A DNA stretch of 64,000 nt from positions 5,448,699 to 5,512,698 of the forward strand of contig CM082581.2 of NCBI GenBank assembly GCA_040954595.2. Reading direction: 5' to 3'. The position numbers and the translations under genes are program-made. The DNA is from Balanoglossus misakiensis. Taxonomy: Eukaryota > Animalia > Hemichordata. The notes beneath the pieces were generated by a model that did no database searches, was not told the DNA's origin, and saw only the letters and a list, made by a program, of their open reading frames with translations. This document shows, piece by piece, positions 1 through 12,100 of this stretch (position 1 is its first letter; each line of letters begins with the position of its first letter).

Positions 1-379
1 GTGGCGTCACCATGAAAAAAACGAAAGGTCGGGGTGAATACACCCCATTGTTTGAAGGCAAATTTAAAACTATTTAAACTTGTAAACGCGCTAAATCGAT
101 AAAATTTACATCACAAGACTCTTTCCGGATTGTTTTAAATGCTGCAGTTAACTCGACTTGATGTACTATATTGTATACCTTGTGGACTCAGTGGTCTCTT
201 CAAATAAGGTTTTAAACAACAAGCAACTGTTTTAGGCAAATTTTTCAGAGACACATTTGTTTAACAGGTGGTGCTTCACTATTGAAAGTTTTTTTTTACT
301 ATTTTTCAATAATTTAGTTTTTACATTTCACCTTTAACTGAATATCTATTAATTATAACACGAATTTTAAAATTTGCAG

Positions 380-489
380 AGATGGGTTGACGAGTACCTT
401 CGATGGAATGTCTCGGATCACGGCGGTGTTTACAACCTGAAGATACCATCAGAGCAAATTTGGATGCCAGATGTTGTCTTATATGATAA
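380..489 (+). CDS. Gene A exon (110 nt): RWVDEYLRWNVSDHGGVYNLKIPSEQIWMPDVVLYDN
   Basis: Acceptor ttgcag ends at 379 and donor gtaagt starts at 490. It carries the nAChR WxDxxLxW...WxPDxxLY motifs and matches the length of gene B exon 4. It is absent from the ORF track. Confidence 0.95.
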
Positions 490-3400
490 GTAAGTTCATG
501 AAAAGGGCAAAGTCGGCCATCTTTTCACATTGGTTATTTTTTACACCATATTGTATTGCGTTTACCTAGTGTGTATGTCACCATATCAGGTTTGTCCTCT
601 CACCGTCAAATATTTCGATCACGTGATTTGTGATACATGTACGTTCCAGAAATTGTACTCTCGCAGTATATTTTACCAAGATGTTTGTGCATGCTCAAGG
701 CGATGTAGCGCTCTCACAGCCAATGATTCGTGTTTTTCGGCAAGCGCAGTGACGTCAGGACTTCTTACGCCAAACAAAAATCCAAAAACAAAAAGTCAAA
801 ACATGACGACTTCATTCTTTACAAAGACACACTTTGAATCCATACGGGTATGCACAAGCTAGGAAATCACACATGCGTGAATGTTACATTTTATTCGGAC
901 AAACACCGCCTGTGTTACTTTTAATAATATCAATATAGTATTTCTCAAACGTACAATCGGACGCCGCCATTTCACCCAACTTTAATTAAAAAGGATACAA
1001 GACATTTATTGAGTATGGTGATCGTTATTTATATTTCCTTTCCGGTGAAAAATCTCCTCTATAAGTCTTTTCATCCAATTCGAAGGGGTCACAGGTTCGC
1101 GCCTAACCCAAAAGCGATGCTCAACAATGATGGAATTTCCAATTCATTATTTTGCAACTTCTCGGGAAATTAATTTTGCTCATATAACAAAGCCATTTAC
1201 AGGCAGACGCCAACAAGCAACGGGATTAGTCACCGCGCTGGAAATTTCACTGTATCGTCTACAATAATAACTTCCGTGATGTTATTGTATGTATACTATG
1301 AGATTGACGTGGCTGCCCTTAGGGGAGAACCGTTTGATTTCTAGGGGTGGACAGTGGTTGAATGTCTTTGCTGTTATATCCAAATCCCCCACACCCTAGA
1401 AATCAAATGGTTCTCCCCTTTATCAAAAAAGCAGACCTTCCTCAGGGCAAGCGAATTTTGAACTGCAGATCATGTAATATCAAATCTACTCGACAGTCAG
1501 ATGTCTAGACAGTAGCAGCAGCTGTTCTGAACCCTTTTAAATGAGTTTCCCCTTCGCACAGTTTCCGTGATTGACCACCGCCGGCCTCGCAAGATATAAT
1601 CGTGGCTTCCCAATTCCACGCAACGGCCACCACCACTGTGGCAATCGCGAGTGTAACCAACGGCGTATACATCTGTGGCACGGAGCCTTCGTGTTTGGAG
1701 ACTTGAGCTGGGGCCTGTGTAATATCGAGAAGTGGGCCGAAAGACATTTTTCGAGATATTTTCGACAATTATAATACTACACGTTCTTCCAAATCTTAAG
1801 TTAATTGAAGTCTCCCTAAATACGAATTTTTTGACTAACGTGAACTTCCAATATTTCCACATTGGACGTCAGAGGGCGCGGTCGTCGCTTGAGATGCGAA
1901 GGGTTTGGTAAAATCTATCTGTCACGGCGTCATGTAGTTGCAATGGAGGTTGCCAACAGTTATTACAATATGTCAACCCGACTGGACATATACTAGTAAT
2001 GCAGAATTTCGTATCATGTCATTTATTTTTCTGCAAGCGGTATGTGAACAGAAGGTATGTCTAGGGAACATTTGCCTATATGAAGTTCATTTAATTTAAG
2101 AATTTCCTATAACTACTTCTGTAGTATTTTAGCTTGCTTGTCTGCCTTCAATTCAGTATCTCATTATACACTGTATAATTTTCATCGTGATTTGCTAATA
2201 TTTCAGTGCCGACGACCACTACTACAATTTCCTGAAGGGTAAAATAGCAGTGGTGTACAACGACGGTGAAATCATGTGGGCGTCGCCCGTAATCCTGCGC
2301 AGTCACTGCCAGATCGACGTCACATACTTCCCTTTCGACAGTCAAGAGTGTCGGCTCAAATTCGGCCCCTGGCAGCACGAGGGAAATGAGGTGAACTTGA
2401 CTGGTGGAGGTACGCCAATGACGTCATTCAAAACGTTTCCGTCATAACCAACACTGCCTTTCACTTCACTTCACACGTTCTGTTTCTGTAGCATTGATTT
2501 TGAGGTACAAAGCCACCACTTTTACAGCATCATACAAACGAATGCACGTCAGTACCCATTAGGTAAATTAGTGCTCTGCCACTTCGGGGACTAGCTTAGA
2601 CGAGCGCTCTATCCCATCGTATAGATTGATGTTGTTGGTTTGAACAGAATAAGAGGTCGTGTATTTTTGCTACCTACATTCTACCCCGCGTTTGTTGCTT
2701 TCCGTCACATAAAATGGAAAGCAAAATAGGCCTATATACTCGAAAACACGTCAAGAAAGCAAGTGGAGTAATATCGGTCTAAACCGGACACCATAGGCAC
2801 TGAGAATATTGTTTGGTTTACAGAGGTGTCCATAGAGGTTATTTTAATGTTAATGGGCTGGAAATGGTGTCATGCTGTCGTGTTTTCTTTCATTCGGCAG
2901 GTGACCAATCAGTGTTCAAAAGTGACGGAGAATGGGACATGACAGGTGTGACAACAAACAACAATGTGCAATTCTATCCAGACGCACCTGGTATCCCTTA
3001 CACGGATGTAACCTTCTATGTCCATTTGAAGCGGAGGTCACTGTACTACGTGTTTAATCTCATCATGCCGTGCGGATTGATCTCTGCCGTGACTTTGTTG
3101 ACTTTTTTGTTGCCGCCGGAGTCGGGAGAGAAAATCAGTCTGGCAATAACCGTGTTGCTTTCCCTCACAGTATTCCTTCTGCTTGTTGCAGAAACCATGC
3201 CGCCCGCTAGTGTTGTGCCTGTCATAGGTAGGTGCTTTCGTTTAATATTGTCAACACTGTCCGACTATTACACTTACGTCACGCCATTTATGACCATGCT
3301 CTATATAGAATATATGCTTGATCTAATGCCTGTGGTTGTAGAGAAACTAGTCGCCAGTGGGCGCCTTTTCGATTGGCAGATAAAACGAAGATGTACATGT

Positions 3401-4908
3401 ACAAATGTAAGTGTACTGACATGTAATGGCGGCATCAAGAATTTTCGTTATCGTTTGCCTTGGGCTAACCTAACTTTAAATACCTACAATATCAATTAAA
3501 AACGGTTTCGGAATAACTTCCAAGACAGTTTGCGTTCAATGTTATTAAAATGTTACCGTAGATCTCCCAGTGCCACGATTAATCATTTTCCCAGTCGCAG
3601 ATTATCTTGAGATAAGTCTTTTTAATCATTGCAACTGTTGTGGCAGGCACTTGCCTAGAGATGATTGATTCTTTCAAATTGTTTTCTCTCATAGAAAGCT
3701 TCAGTTCACTGCGACATCAAATCCGATAACTTGTTAAGTCTTGAAGCAAAGCCGCTTGAGTCGAAAACAATTCACGCGGTCTGTAAAGTGCATTTTATCG
3801 GAAGAGTCGCAGAGTGATGTGATTTTGATGGCGTGTTTCACGACATCAGGGATTAAGTAAAGTCCTGCGCTGCGTGAAGTGTTTTTCGTTTGTCTATAGA
3901 GAACAAATAATTGTTTCGCTATAATCTAAGTTCGGCTCGTTATATTTGCGGTGTGTCACCATGCAGAAAGTCACCACGACCTACAAACTCTATGTATTTG
4001 TCCACTTGAAGAACGTATCAACCTAAAACGCGAGGTGTTGTAGTCCGGTATAAAACCACGAACTTTTGGTGTTGTTGTGTTGTGTTGTGTTGTGTTGTGT
4101 TGTGTTGTGTTGTGTTGTGTTGTGTTGTGTTGTGTTGTGTTGTGTTGTGTTGTGTTGTGGTGTGGTGTGGTGTGTTGTGTTGTGTTGATAGGTGAGACGG
4201 TGACTACACAAGCAATTTCGCGAGACATGCCAATGAATGTATTCGTGTCCGTAGCTACCCATTGTGTTCATCACATCTGTCAGCGTGCATATACGTTTCA
4301 TATTTTAATTAGCAATTGTGTGAAAATTCGTCATCTAATTTGTATTCATTGTCACTCCAGGACAATACTACGCAAGCACAATGGTGACGGTAACTCTGTC
4401 CCTGGCGATGTCTGTGGCCGTCTTGAAGGTGCACTACAAAACGCCCGAAACCCACCCAATGCCAACCTGGCTGAAGAGAATAATCTACGGGCGGGTCGGA
4501 CGGTTCTTCGGCATTTCCAAGGCGCAGAAGAAGCCCAAAGTGAAGTCAAACGGAATCGAAATGTCGCAGAAGATCAACATGACAATAGACGGGAATATCT
4601 GCAACGTTGTGCGGCGAATGGACGGCAGCGACAGCCCCATCTTCGGGAGGAAGCACAACGGCAACCTGCGGTCCGGGAAACCCAAAACGACGACAATGTC
4701 GTCGCACGACGACTGTCCCATCATGCACCACCTGCTGGCGGAATTCAAGAGAGTGTCCTCGTTCTACGACTGGAAGAACAGGCACGAGCACGCGCAGAAC
4801 GAGTGGAGGCTGTGTGCCATTTTACTGGACCGGATTTTCATGATCATCTACATGCTTTGCTGTTTGTGCACAGTTCTCCTGATATGCGTCCAGCTGGAAT
4901 ACTCGTAA
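380..4908 (+). CDS. Gene A: nAChR-family (Cys-loop pentameric ligand-gated ion channel) subunit, alpha9/alpha10-like but lacking the loop-C vicinal cysteines; 5'-partial, join(380..489,2207..2409,2901..3227,4361..4908)
   Basis: Four exons with GT-AG boundaries and compatible phases (110+203+327+548 nt = 396 codons including TAA). They encode WMPDVVLY (loop A), the Cys-loop CQIDVTYFPFDSQEC, M1-M2 ([28 protein letters not shown]), M3 and MA-M4 (EWRLCAILLDRIF). Confidence 0.95.
1321..1419. mobile_element. ~99-bp MITE-like element with 26-bp terminal inverted repeats, in a gene A intron
   Basis: The left end aggggagaaccgtttgatttctaggg (1321-1346) matches the reverse complement of 1394-1419 (aggggagaaccatttgatttctaggg) at 25/26. 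Flanks are TTA/TTT-like, so a target-site duplication is imperfect at best. Confidence 0.7.
2207..2409 (+). CDS. Gene A exon (203 nt): loop E, Cys-loop CQIDVTYFPFDSQEC, loop B FGPWQHEG
   Basis: Acceptor tttcag ends at 2206 and donor gtacgc starts at 2410. It overlaps ORF 2250..2447. Confidence 0.95.
2901..3227 (+). CDS. Gene A exon (327 nt): loop F, loop C (FYPDAPGIPYTD), M1, M2, M2-M3 loop
   Basis: Acceptor cggcag ends at 2900 and donor gtaggt starts at 3228. It lies within ORF 2813..3499. Confidence 0.95.
4074..4187. repeat. (GTTGT)n pentanucleotide microsatellite, ~23 units, in the last intron of gene A
   Basis: Read directly from the sequence; a few GTGGT variants occur near the 3' end. 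Confidence 0.97.
4361..4908 (+). CDS. Gene A last coding exon: M3 (GQYYASTMVTVTLSLAMSVAVLKVHY), intracellular loop, MA, M4, stop
   Basis: Acceptor ctccag ends at 4360. The frame continues into ORF 4381..4908 and ends QLEYS-TAA. Confidence 0.95.
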
Positions 4909-5997
4909 CCGTGACGACGATTACTGCTCGCGCGCACGCGTCACGACCGTGTGCGGAAAAATGAACGTGACCAGCCAACGTTGTGTCAAAACAGAAGGAA
5001 AGCTTGTTTCTTCCAGTATTCAGACGCAAAATGTCGTCTGTGAAATGGAGTGATCGGGGTTATCCTGAACAAACTTTGAAATACCTATGGAGTAATTGTG
5101 CCTTGCAAACGGAAAACTTGTCTCGCTGTATATGCACATCTCGAACCGCGTAAACTGTTCATACGATGCAACGTATGAACTTTATCGCGTACCCGGATGA
5201 GAAAGCAATAAGGATACAGATGTCGTTTTTTATCCACAACAATTGGTCGGGGAGTGACTTACCAACTTCTTTCCGGATCCCGCGTAAAGTACCATTGCCA
5301 CTGACACAGTGATTTGTGTCACGTGCATATTTAGAGACATTGAAGGAAATGTACCTCACTCAGGTCTGTGTGCCAGTTGCATGCGGGAACCAAATACCGG
5401 ATTCTACAGTATCAAGAAAGCGACTGAAGAATATCCAAGAAATATGAATTCATTGATTTATCAGAAACAACATTCGTTCCAATCATTACGTAATCCAAGT
5501 TTTCAACATTTTGCAAGTATGAACGTATGTCACGATAATATTATATTACTAGTAAACGGTGTCCGACAATTTGAATGTTGTGGCAACTTTTGCTTATGTT
5601 TTTTGAGATCTATAAAGAACTGATACTAATTTCTATATTTTTCAATAATTAAAATACTTGAAGTGAATATCTCCTACTACAAAGGAAACATGTGATTCAT
5701 AGAGAACCGTTGATTTATTTGCTACCACAGAGAGTCTGAGTAAAGATAGAATACGTGGAACTTTATTTTAAACAAAAGTTAGGCCATAAACATTTCAGCA
5801 CTTGTATACATGTACATTGTACGTATACCTCTGCATGCGCGATTAACATTTTGTATCTAACCGTTGGTGGCGCCATATTTTTACGCTGGATTCATAACAG
5901 AGGCGCCATATGCATTGTAGGAATGACAGAATCGATGTATTTTTCTTTAAAATACATATTTTACTTTTGATTTTTTATTATTATTTGTTGTTTTGGC

Positions 5998-6003
5998 AAT
6001 AAA
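5998..6003 (+). terminator. Candidate polyadenylation signal (AATAAA) for gene A
   Basis: AATAAA lies ~1.1 kb after the stop codon, preceded by T-rich sequence and followed by tgtttcttt. It is ~190 bp before the satellite. Confidence 0.55.
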
Positions 6004-6097
6004 GATTACTACAGTCAAATGTTTCTTTGACTAACTTCTAAAGTACGACATCCAATATCTCTAAAGTAACCAAACTCCAGTTAATTGACCATTTGTT

Positions 6098-6158
<61 letters not shown>

Positions 6159-6188
6159 GTGTGTGCGTGCGTGTGTGCGTGTGTATGT
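6098..6188. repeat. Compound microsatellite (TCTG)~15 then (GT)/(GTGC)n ending in gtatgt; left flank of the satellite
   Basis: Read directly from the sequence. Confidence 0.95.
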
Positions 6189-9100
6189 AAATTTCTTCAT
6201 TTTTTGAAAAAATTCATGAGTTATAGCTCATGAAAATCATCCAAAAATGACAATTTTTCGACTTTGCGAAAGTTCAAAATTTCGTCATTTTTTGACAAAA
6301 ATCATGGGTTATAGCTCATGAAAATAATCCAAAAATGACAATTTTTCGACTTTGCGAAAGTTCAAAATTTCGTCATTTTTTGACAAAAATCATGGGTTAT
6401 AGCTTATTAAAATAATCCAAAAATGACAATTTTTCGACTTTGCGAATGTTTAAAATTTCTTCATTTTTTGACAAAAATCATGGGTTATTGCTCATGAAAA
6501 TCATCCAAAAATGACAATTTTTCGACTTTGCGAAATTTCAAAATTTCTTCATTTTTTGACAAAAATCATGGGTTATAGCTCATGAAAATCATCCAAAAAT
6601 GACAAGTTTTCGACTTTGCGAAAGTTCAAAATTTCTTCATTTTTTGACAAAAATCATGGGTTATAGCTCATGAAAATCATCCAAAAATGACAATTTTTCA
6701 ACTTTGCGAAAGTTCAAAATATCTTCATTTTTTGACAAAAATCATGGGTTATTGCTCATGAAAATCATCCAAAAATGACAATTTTTCGACATTGCGAAAG
6801 TTAAAAATTTCTTCATTATTTGACAAAAATCATGGGTTATAGCTCACGAAAATCATCCAAAAATGACAATTTTTCGACTTTGCGAAAGTTCAAAATTTCT
6901 TCATTTTTTGACAAAAATCATGGGTTATAGCTCACGAAAATCATCCAAAAATGACAATTTTCGACTTTGCGAACGTTCAAAATTTCTTCATTTTTGGACA
7001 AAAATCATGGGTTATTATAGCTCATGAAAATCATCCAAAAATGACAATTTTTCGACTTTGCGAAAGTTCAAAATTTCTTCATTTTTTGACAAAAATCATG
7101 GGTTATAGCTCATGAAAATCATCCAAAAATGACAATTTTTCGACTTTGCGAAAGTTCAAAATTTCGTCATTTTTTGACAAAAATCATGGGTTATAGCTCA
7201 TGAAAATCATCCAAAACTGACAATTTTTCGACTTTGCGAAAGTTCAAAATTTCGTCATTTTTTGACAAAAATCATGGGTTATAGCTCATGAAAATCATCC
7301 AAAAATGACAATTTTTCGACTTTGCGAAAGTTCAAAATTTCTTCATTTTTTGACAAAAATCATGGGTTATAGCTCATGAAAATCATCCAAAAATGACAAT
7401 TTTTCGACTTTGCGAAAGTTCAAAATTTCGTCATTTTTTGACAAAAATCATGGGTTATAGCTCATGAAAATCATCCAAAAATGACAATTTTTCGACTTTG
7501 CGAAAGTTCAAAATTTCGTCATTTTTTGACAAAAATCATGGGTTATAGCTCATGAAAATCATCCAAAAATGACAATTTTTCGACTTTGCGAAAGTTCAAA
7601 ATTTTGTCATTCTTTGACAAAAATCATGGGTTATAGCTCATGAAAATCATCCAAAAATGACAATTTTTCGACTTTGCGAAAGTTCAAAATTTCTTCATTT
7701 TTTGACAAAAATCATGGGTTATAGCTCATGAAAATCATCCAAAAATGACAATTTTTCGACTTTGCGAAAGTTCAAAATTTCGTCATTTTCTGACAAAAAT
7801 CATGGGTTATAGCTCATGAAAATCATCCAAAAATGACAATTTTTCGACTTTGCGAAAGTTCAAAATTTCGTCATTTTTTGACAAAAATCATGGGTTATAG
7901 CTCATGAAAATCATCCAAAAATGACAATTGTTCGACTTTGCGAAAGTTCAAAATTTCTTCATTTTTTGACAAAAATCATGGGTTATAGCTCATGAAAATC
8001 ATCCAAAAATGACAATTTTTCGACTTTGCGAAAGTTCAAAATTTCTTCATTTTTTGACAAAAATCATGGGTTATAGCTCATGAAAATCATCCAAAAATGA
8101 CAATTTTTCGACTTTGCGAAAGTTCAAAATTTCGTCATTTTTTGACAAAAATCATGGGTTATAGCTCATGAAAATCATCCAAAAATGACAATTTTTCGAC
8201 TTTGCGAAAGTTCAAAATTTCGTCATTTTTTGACAAAAATCATGGGTTATAGCTCATGAAAATCATCCAAAAATGACAATTTTTCGACTTTGCGAAAGTT
8301 CAAAATTTCGTCATTTTTTGACAAAAATCATAGGTTATAGCTCATGAAAATCATCCAAAAATGACAATTTTTCGACTTTGCGAAAGTTCAAAATTTTGTC
8401 ATTTTTTGACAAAAATCATGGGTTATAGCTCATGAAAATCATCCAAAAATGACAATTTTTCGACTTTGCGAAAGTTCAAAATTTCTTCATTTTTTGACAA
8501 AAATCATGGGTTATAGCTCATGAAAATCATCCAAAAATGACAATTGTTCGACTTTGCGAAAGATCAAAATTTCGTCATTTTTTGACAAAAATCATGGGTT
8601 ATAGCTCATGAAAATCATCCAAAAATGACAATTTTTCGACTTTGCGAAAGTTCAAAATTTCTTCATTTTTTGACAAAAATCATGGGTTATAGCTCATGAA
8701 AATCATCCAAAAATGACAATTTTTCGACTTTGCGAAAGTTCAAAATTTCTTCATTTTTTGACAAAAATCATGGGTTATAGCTCATGAAAATCATCCAAAA
8801 ATGACAATTTTTCGACTTTGCGAAAGTTCAAAATTTCTTCATTTTTTGACAAAAATCATGGGTTATAGCTCATGAAAATCATCCAAAAATGACAATTTTT
8901 CGACTTTGCGAAAGTTCAAAATTTCTTCATTTTTTGACAAAAATCATGGGTTATAGCTCATGAAAATCATCCAAAAATGACAATTTTTCGACTTTGCGAA
9001 AGTTCAAAATTTCTTCATTTTTTGACAAAAATCATGGGTTATAGCTCACGAAAATCATCCAAAAATGACAATTTTTCGACTTTGCGAAGGTTCAAAATTT

Positions 9101-12100
9101 CTTCATTTTTTGACAAAAATCATGGGTTATAGCTCACGAAAATCATCCAAAAATGACAATATTTCGACTTTGCGAAGGTTCAAAATTTCTTCATTTTTTG
9201 ACAAAAATCATGGGTTATAGCTCAGGAAAATCATCCAAAAATGACAATATTTCGACTTTGCGAAAGTTCAAAATTTCGTCATTTTTTGACAAAAATCATG
9301 GGTTATAGCTCACGAAAATCATCCAAAAATGATAATATTTCGACTTTGCGAAAGTTCAAAATTTCGTCATTTTTTGACAAAAATCATGGGTTATAGCTCA
9401 TGAAAATCATCCAAAAATGACAATTTTTCGACTTTGCGAAAGTTCAAAATTTCGTCATTTTTTGACAAAAATCATGGGTTATAGCTCATGAAAATCATCC
9501 AAAAATGACAATTTTTCGACTTTGCGAAAGTTCAAAATTTTGTCATTTTTTGACAAAAATCATGGGTTATAGCTCATGAAAATCATCCAAAAATGACAAT
9601 TTTTCGACTTTGCGAAGGTTCAAAATTTCTTCATTTTTTGACAAAAATCATGGGTTATAGCTCACGAAAATCATCCAAAAATGACAATATTTCGACTTTG
9701 CGAAAGTTCAAAATTTCTTCATTTTTTGACAAAAATCATGGGTTATAGCTCACGAAAATCATCCAAAAATGACAATTTTTCGACTTTGCGAAGGTTCAAA
9801 ATTTCTTCATTTTTTGACAAAAATCATGGGTTATAGCTCACGAAAATCATCCAAAAATGACAATATTTCGACTTTGCGAAGGTTCAAAATTTCTTCATTT
9901 TTTGACAAAAATCATGGGTTATAGCTCAGGAAAATCATCCAAAAATGACAATATTTCGACTTTGCGAAAGTTCAAAATTTCGTCATTTTTTGACAAAAAT
10001 CATGGGTTATAGCTCACGAAAATCATCCAAAAATGATAATATTTCGACTTTGCGAAAGTTCAAAATTTCGTCATTTTTTGACAAAAATCATGGGTTATAG
10101 CTCATGAAAATCATCCAAAAATGACAATTTTTCGACTTTGCGAAAGTTCAAAATTTCGTCATTTTTTGACAAAAATCATGGGTTATAGCTCATGAAAATC
10201 ATCCAAAAATGACAATTTTTCGACTTTGCGAAAGTTCAAAATTTCGTCATTTTTTGACAAAAATCATGGGTTTTAGCTCATGAAAATCATCCAAAAATGA
10301 CAATTTTTCGACTTTGCGAAAGTTCAAAATTTCGTCATTTTTTGACAAAAATCATGGGTTATAGCTCATGAAAATCATCCAAAAATGACAATTTTTCGAC
10401 TTTGCGAAAGTTCAAAATTTCGTCATTTTTTGACAAAAATCATGGGTTATAGCTCATGAAAATCATCCAAAAATGACAATTTTTCGACTTTGCGAAAGTT
10501 CAAAATTTTGTCATTTTTTGACAAAAATCATGGGTTATAGCTCATGAAAATCATCCAAAAATGACAATTTTTCGACTTTGCGAAAGTTCAAAATTTCTTC
10601 ATTTTTTGACAAAAATCATGGGTTATAGCTCATGAAAATCATCCAAAAATGACAATTTTTCGACTTTGCGAAAGTTCAAAATTTCTTCATTTTTTGACAA
10701 AAATCATGGGTTATAGCTCATGAAAATCATCCAAAAATGACAATTTTTCGACTTTGCGAAAGTTCAAAATTTCGTCATTTTCTGACAAAAATCATGGGTT
10801 ATAGCTCATGAAAATCATCCAAAAATGACAATTTTTCGACTTTGCGAAAGTTCAAAATTTCGTCATTTTTTGACAAAAATCATGGGTTATAGCTCATGAA
10901 AATCATCCAAAAATGACAATTGTTCGACTTTGCGAAAGTTCAAAATTTCTTCATTTTTTGACAAAAATCATGGGTTATAGCTCATGAAAATCATCCAAAA
11001 ATGACAATTTTTCGACTTTGCGAAAGTTCAAAATTTCATCATTTTTTGACAAAAATCATGGGTTATAGCTCATGAAAATCATCCAAAAATGACAATTTTT
11101 CGACTTTGCGAAAGTTCAAAATTTCTTCATTTTTTGACAAAAATCATGGGTTATAGCTCACGAAAATCATCCAAAAATGACAATTTTTCGACTTTGCGAA
11201 AGTTCAAAATTTCTTCATTTTTTGACAAAAATCATGGGTTATAGCTCATGAAAATCATCCAAAAATGACAATTTTTCGACTTTGCGAAAGTTCAAAATTT
11301 CGTCATTTTTTGACAAAAATCATGGGTTATAGCTCATGAAAATCATCCAAAAATGACAATTTTTCGACTTTGCGAAAGTTCAAAATTTCGTCATTTTTTG
11401 ACAAAAATCATAGGTTATAGCTCATGAAAATCATCCAAAAATGACAATTTTTCGACTTTGCGAAAGTTCAAAATTTTGTCATTTTTTGACAAAAATCATG
11501 GGTTATAGCTCATGAAAATCATCCAAAAATGACAATTTTTCGACTTTGCGAAAGTTCAAAATTTCGTCATTTTTTGACAAAAATCATGGGTTATAGCTCA
11601 TGAAAATCATCCAAAAATGACAATTGTTCGACTTTGCGAAAGATCAAAATTTCGTCATTTTTTGACAAAAATCATGGGTTATAGCTCATGAAAATCATCC
11701 AAAAATGACAATTTTTCGACTTTGCGAAAGTTCAAAATTTCTTCATTTTTTGACAAAAATCATGGGTTATAGCTCATGAAAGTCATCCAAAAATGACAAT
11801 TTTTCGACTTTGCGAAAGTTCAAAATTTCTTCATTTTTTGACAAAAATCATGGGTTATAGCTCATGAAAATCATCCAAAAATGACAATTTTTCGACTTTG
11901 CGAAAGTTCAAAATTTCTTCATTTTTTGACAAAAATCATGGGTTATAGCTCATGAAAATCATCCAAAAATGACAATTTTTCGACTTTGCGAAAGTTCAAA
12001 ATTTCTTCATTTTTTGACAAAAATCATGGGTTATAGCTCATGAAAATCATCCAAAAATGACAATTTTTCGACTTTGCGAAAGTTCAAAATTTCTTCATTT

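Noticed and set aside
1-337. Possible right end of a TTAA-flanked DNA transposon (...tttcacctttaa) with a small ggggtg/cacccc hairpin
   Set aside because: The matching left terminus would lie outside the window, so it cannot be supported.
3971-4964. ORFs with LCCVV / HNTTQ repeats and alternative-frame ORFs over gene A's last exon
   Set aside because: They are translations of the (GTTGT)n microsatellite or shadow frames of a GC-rich real exon.
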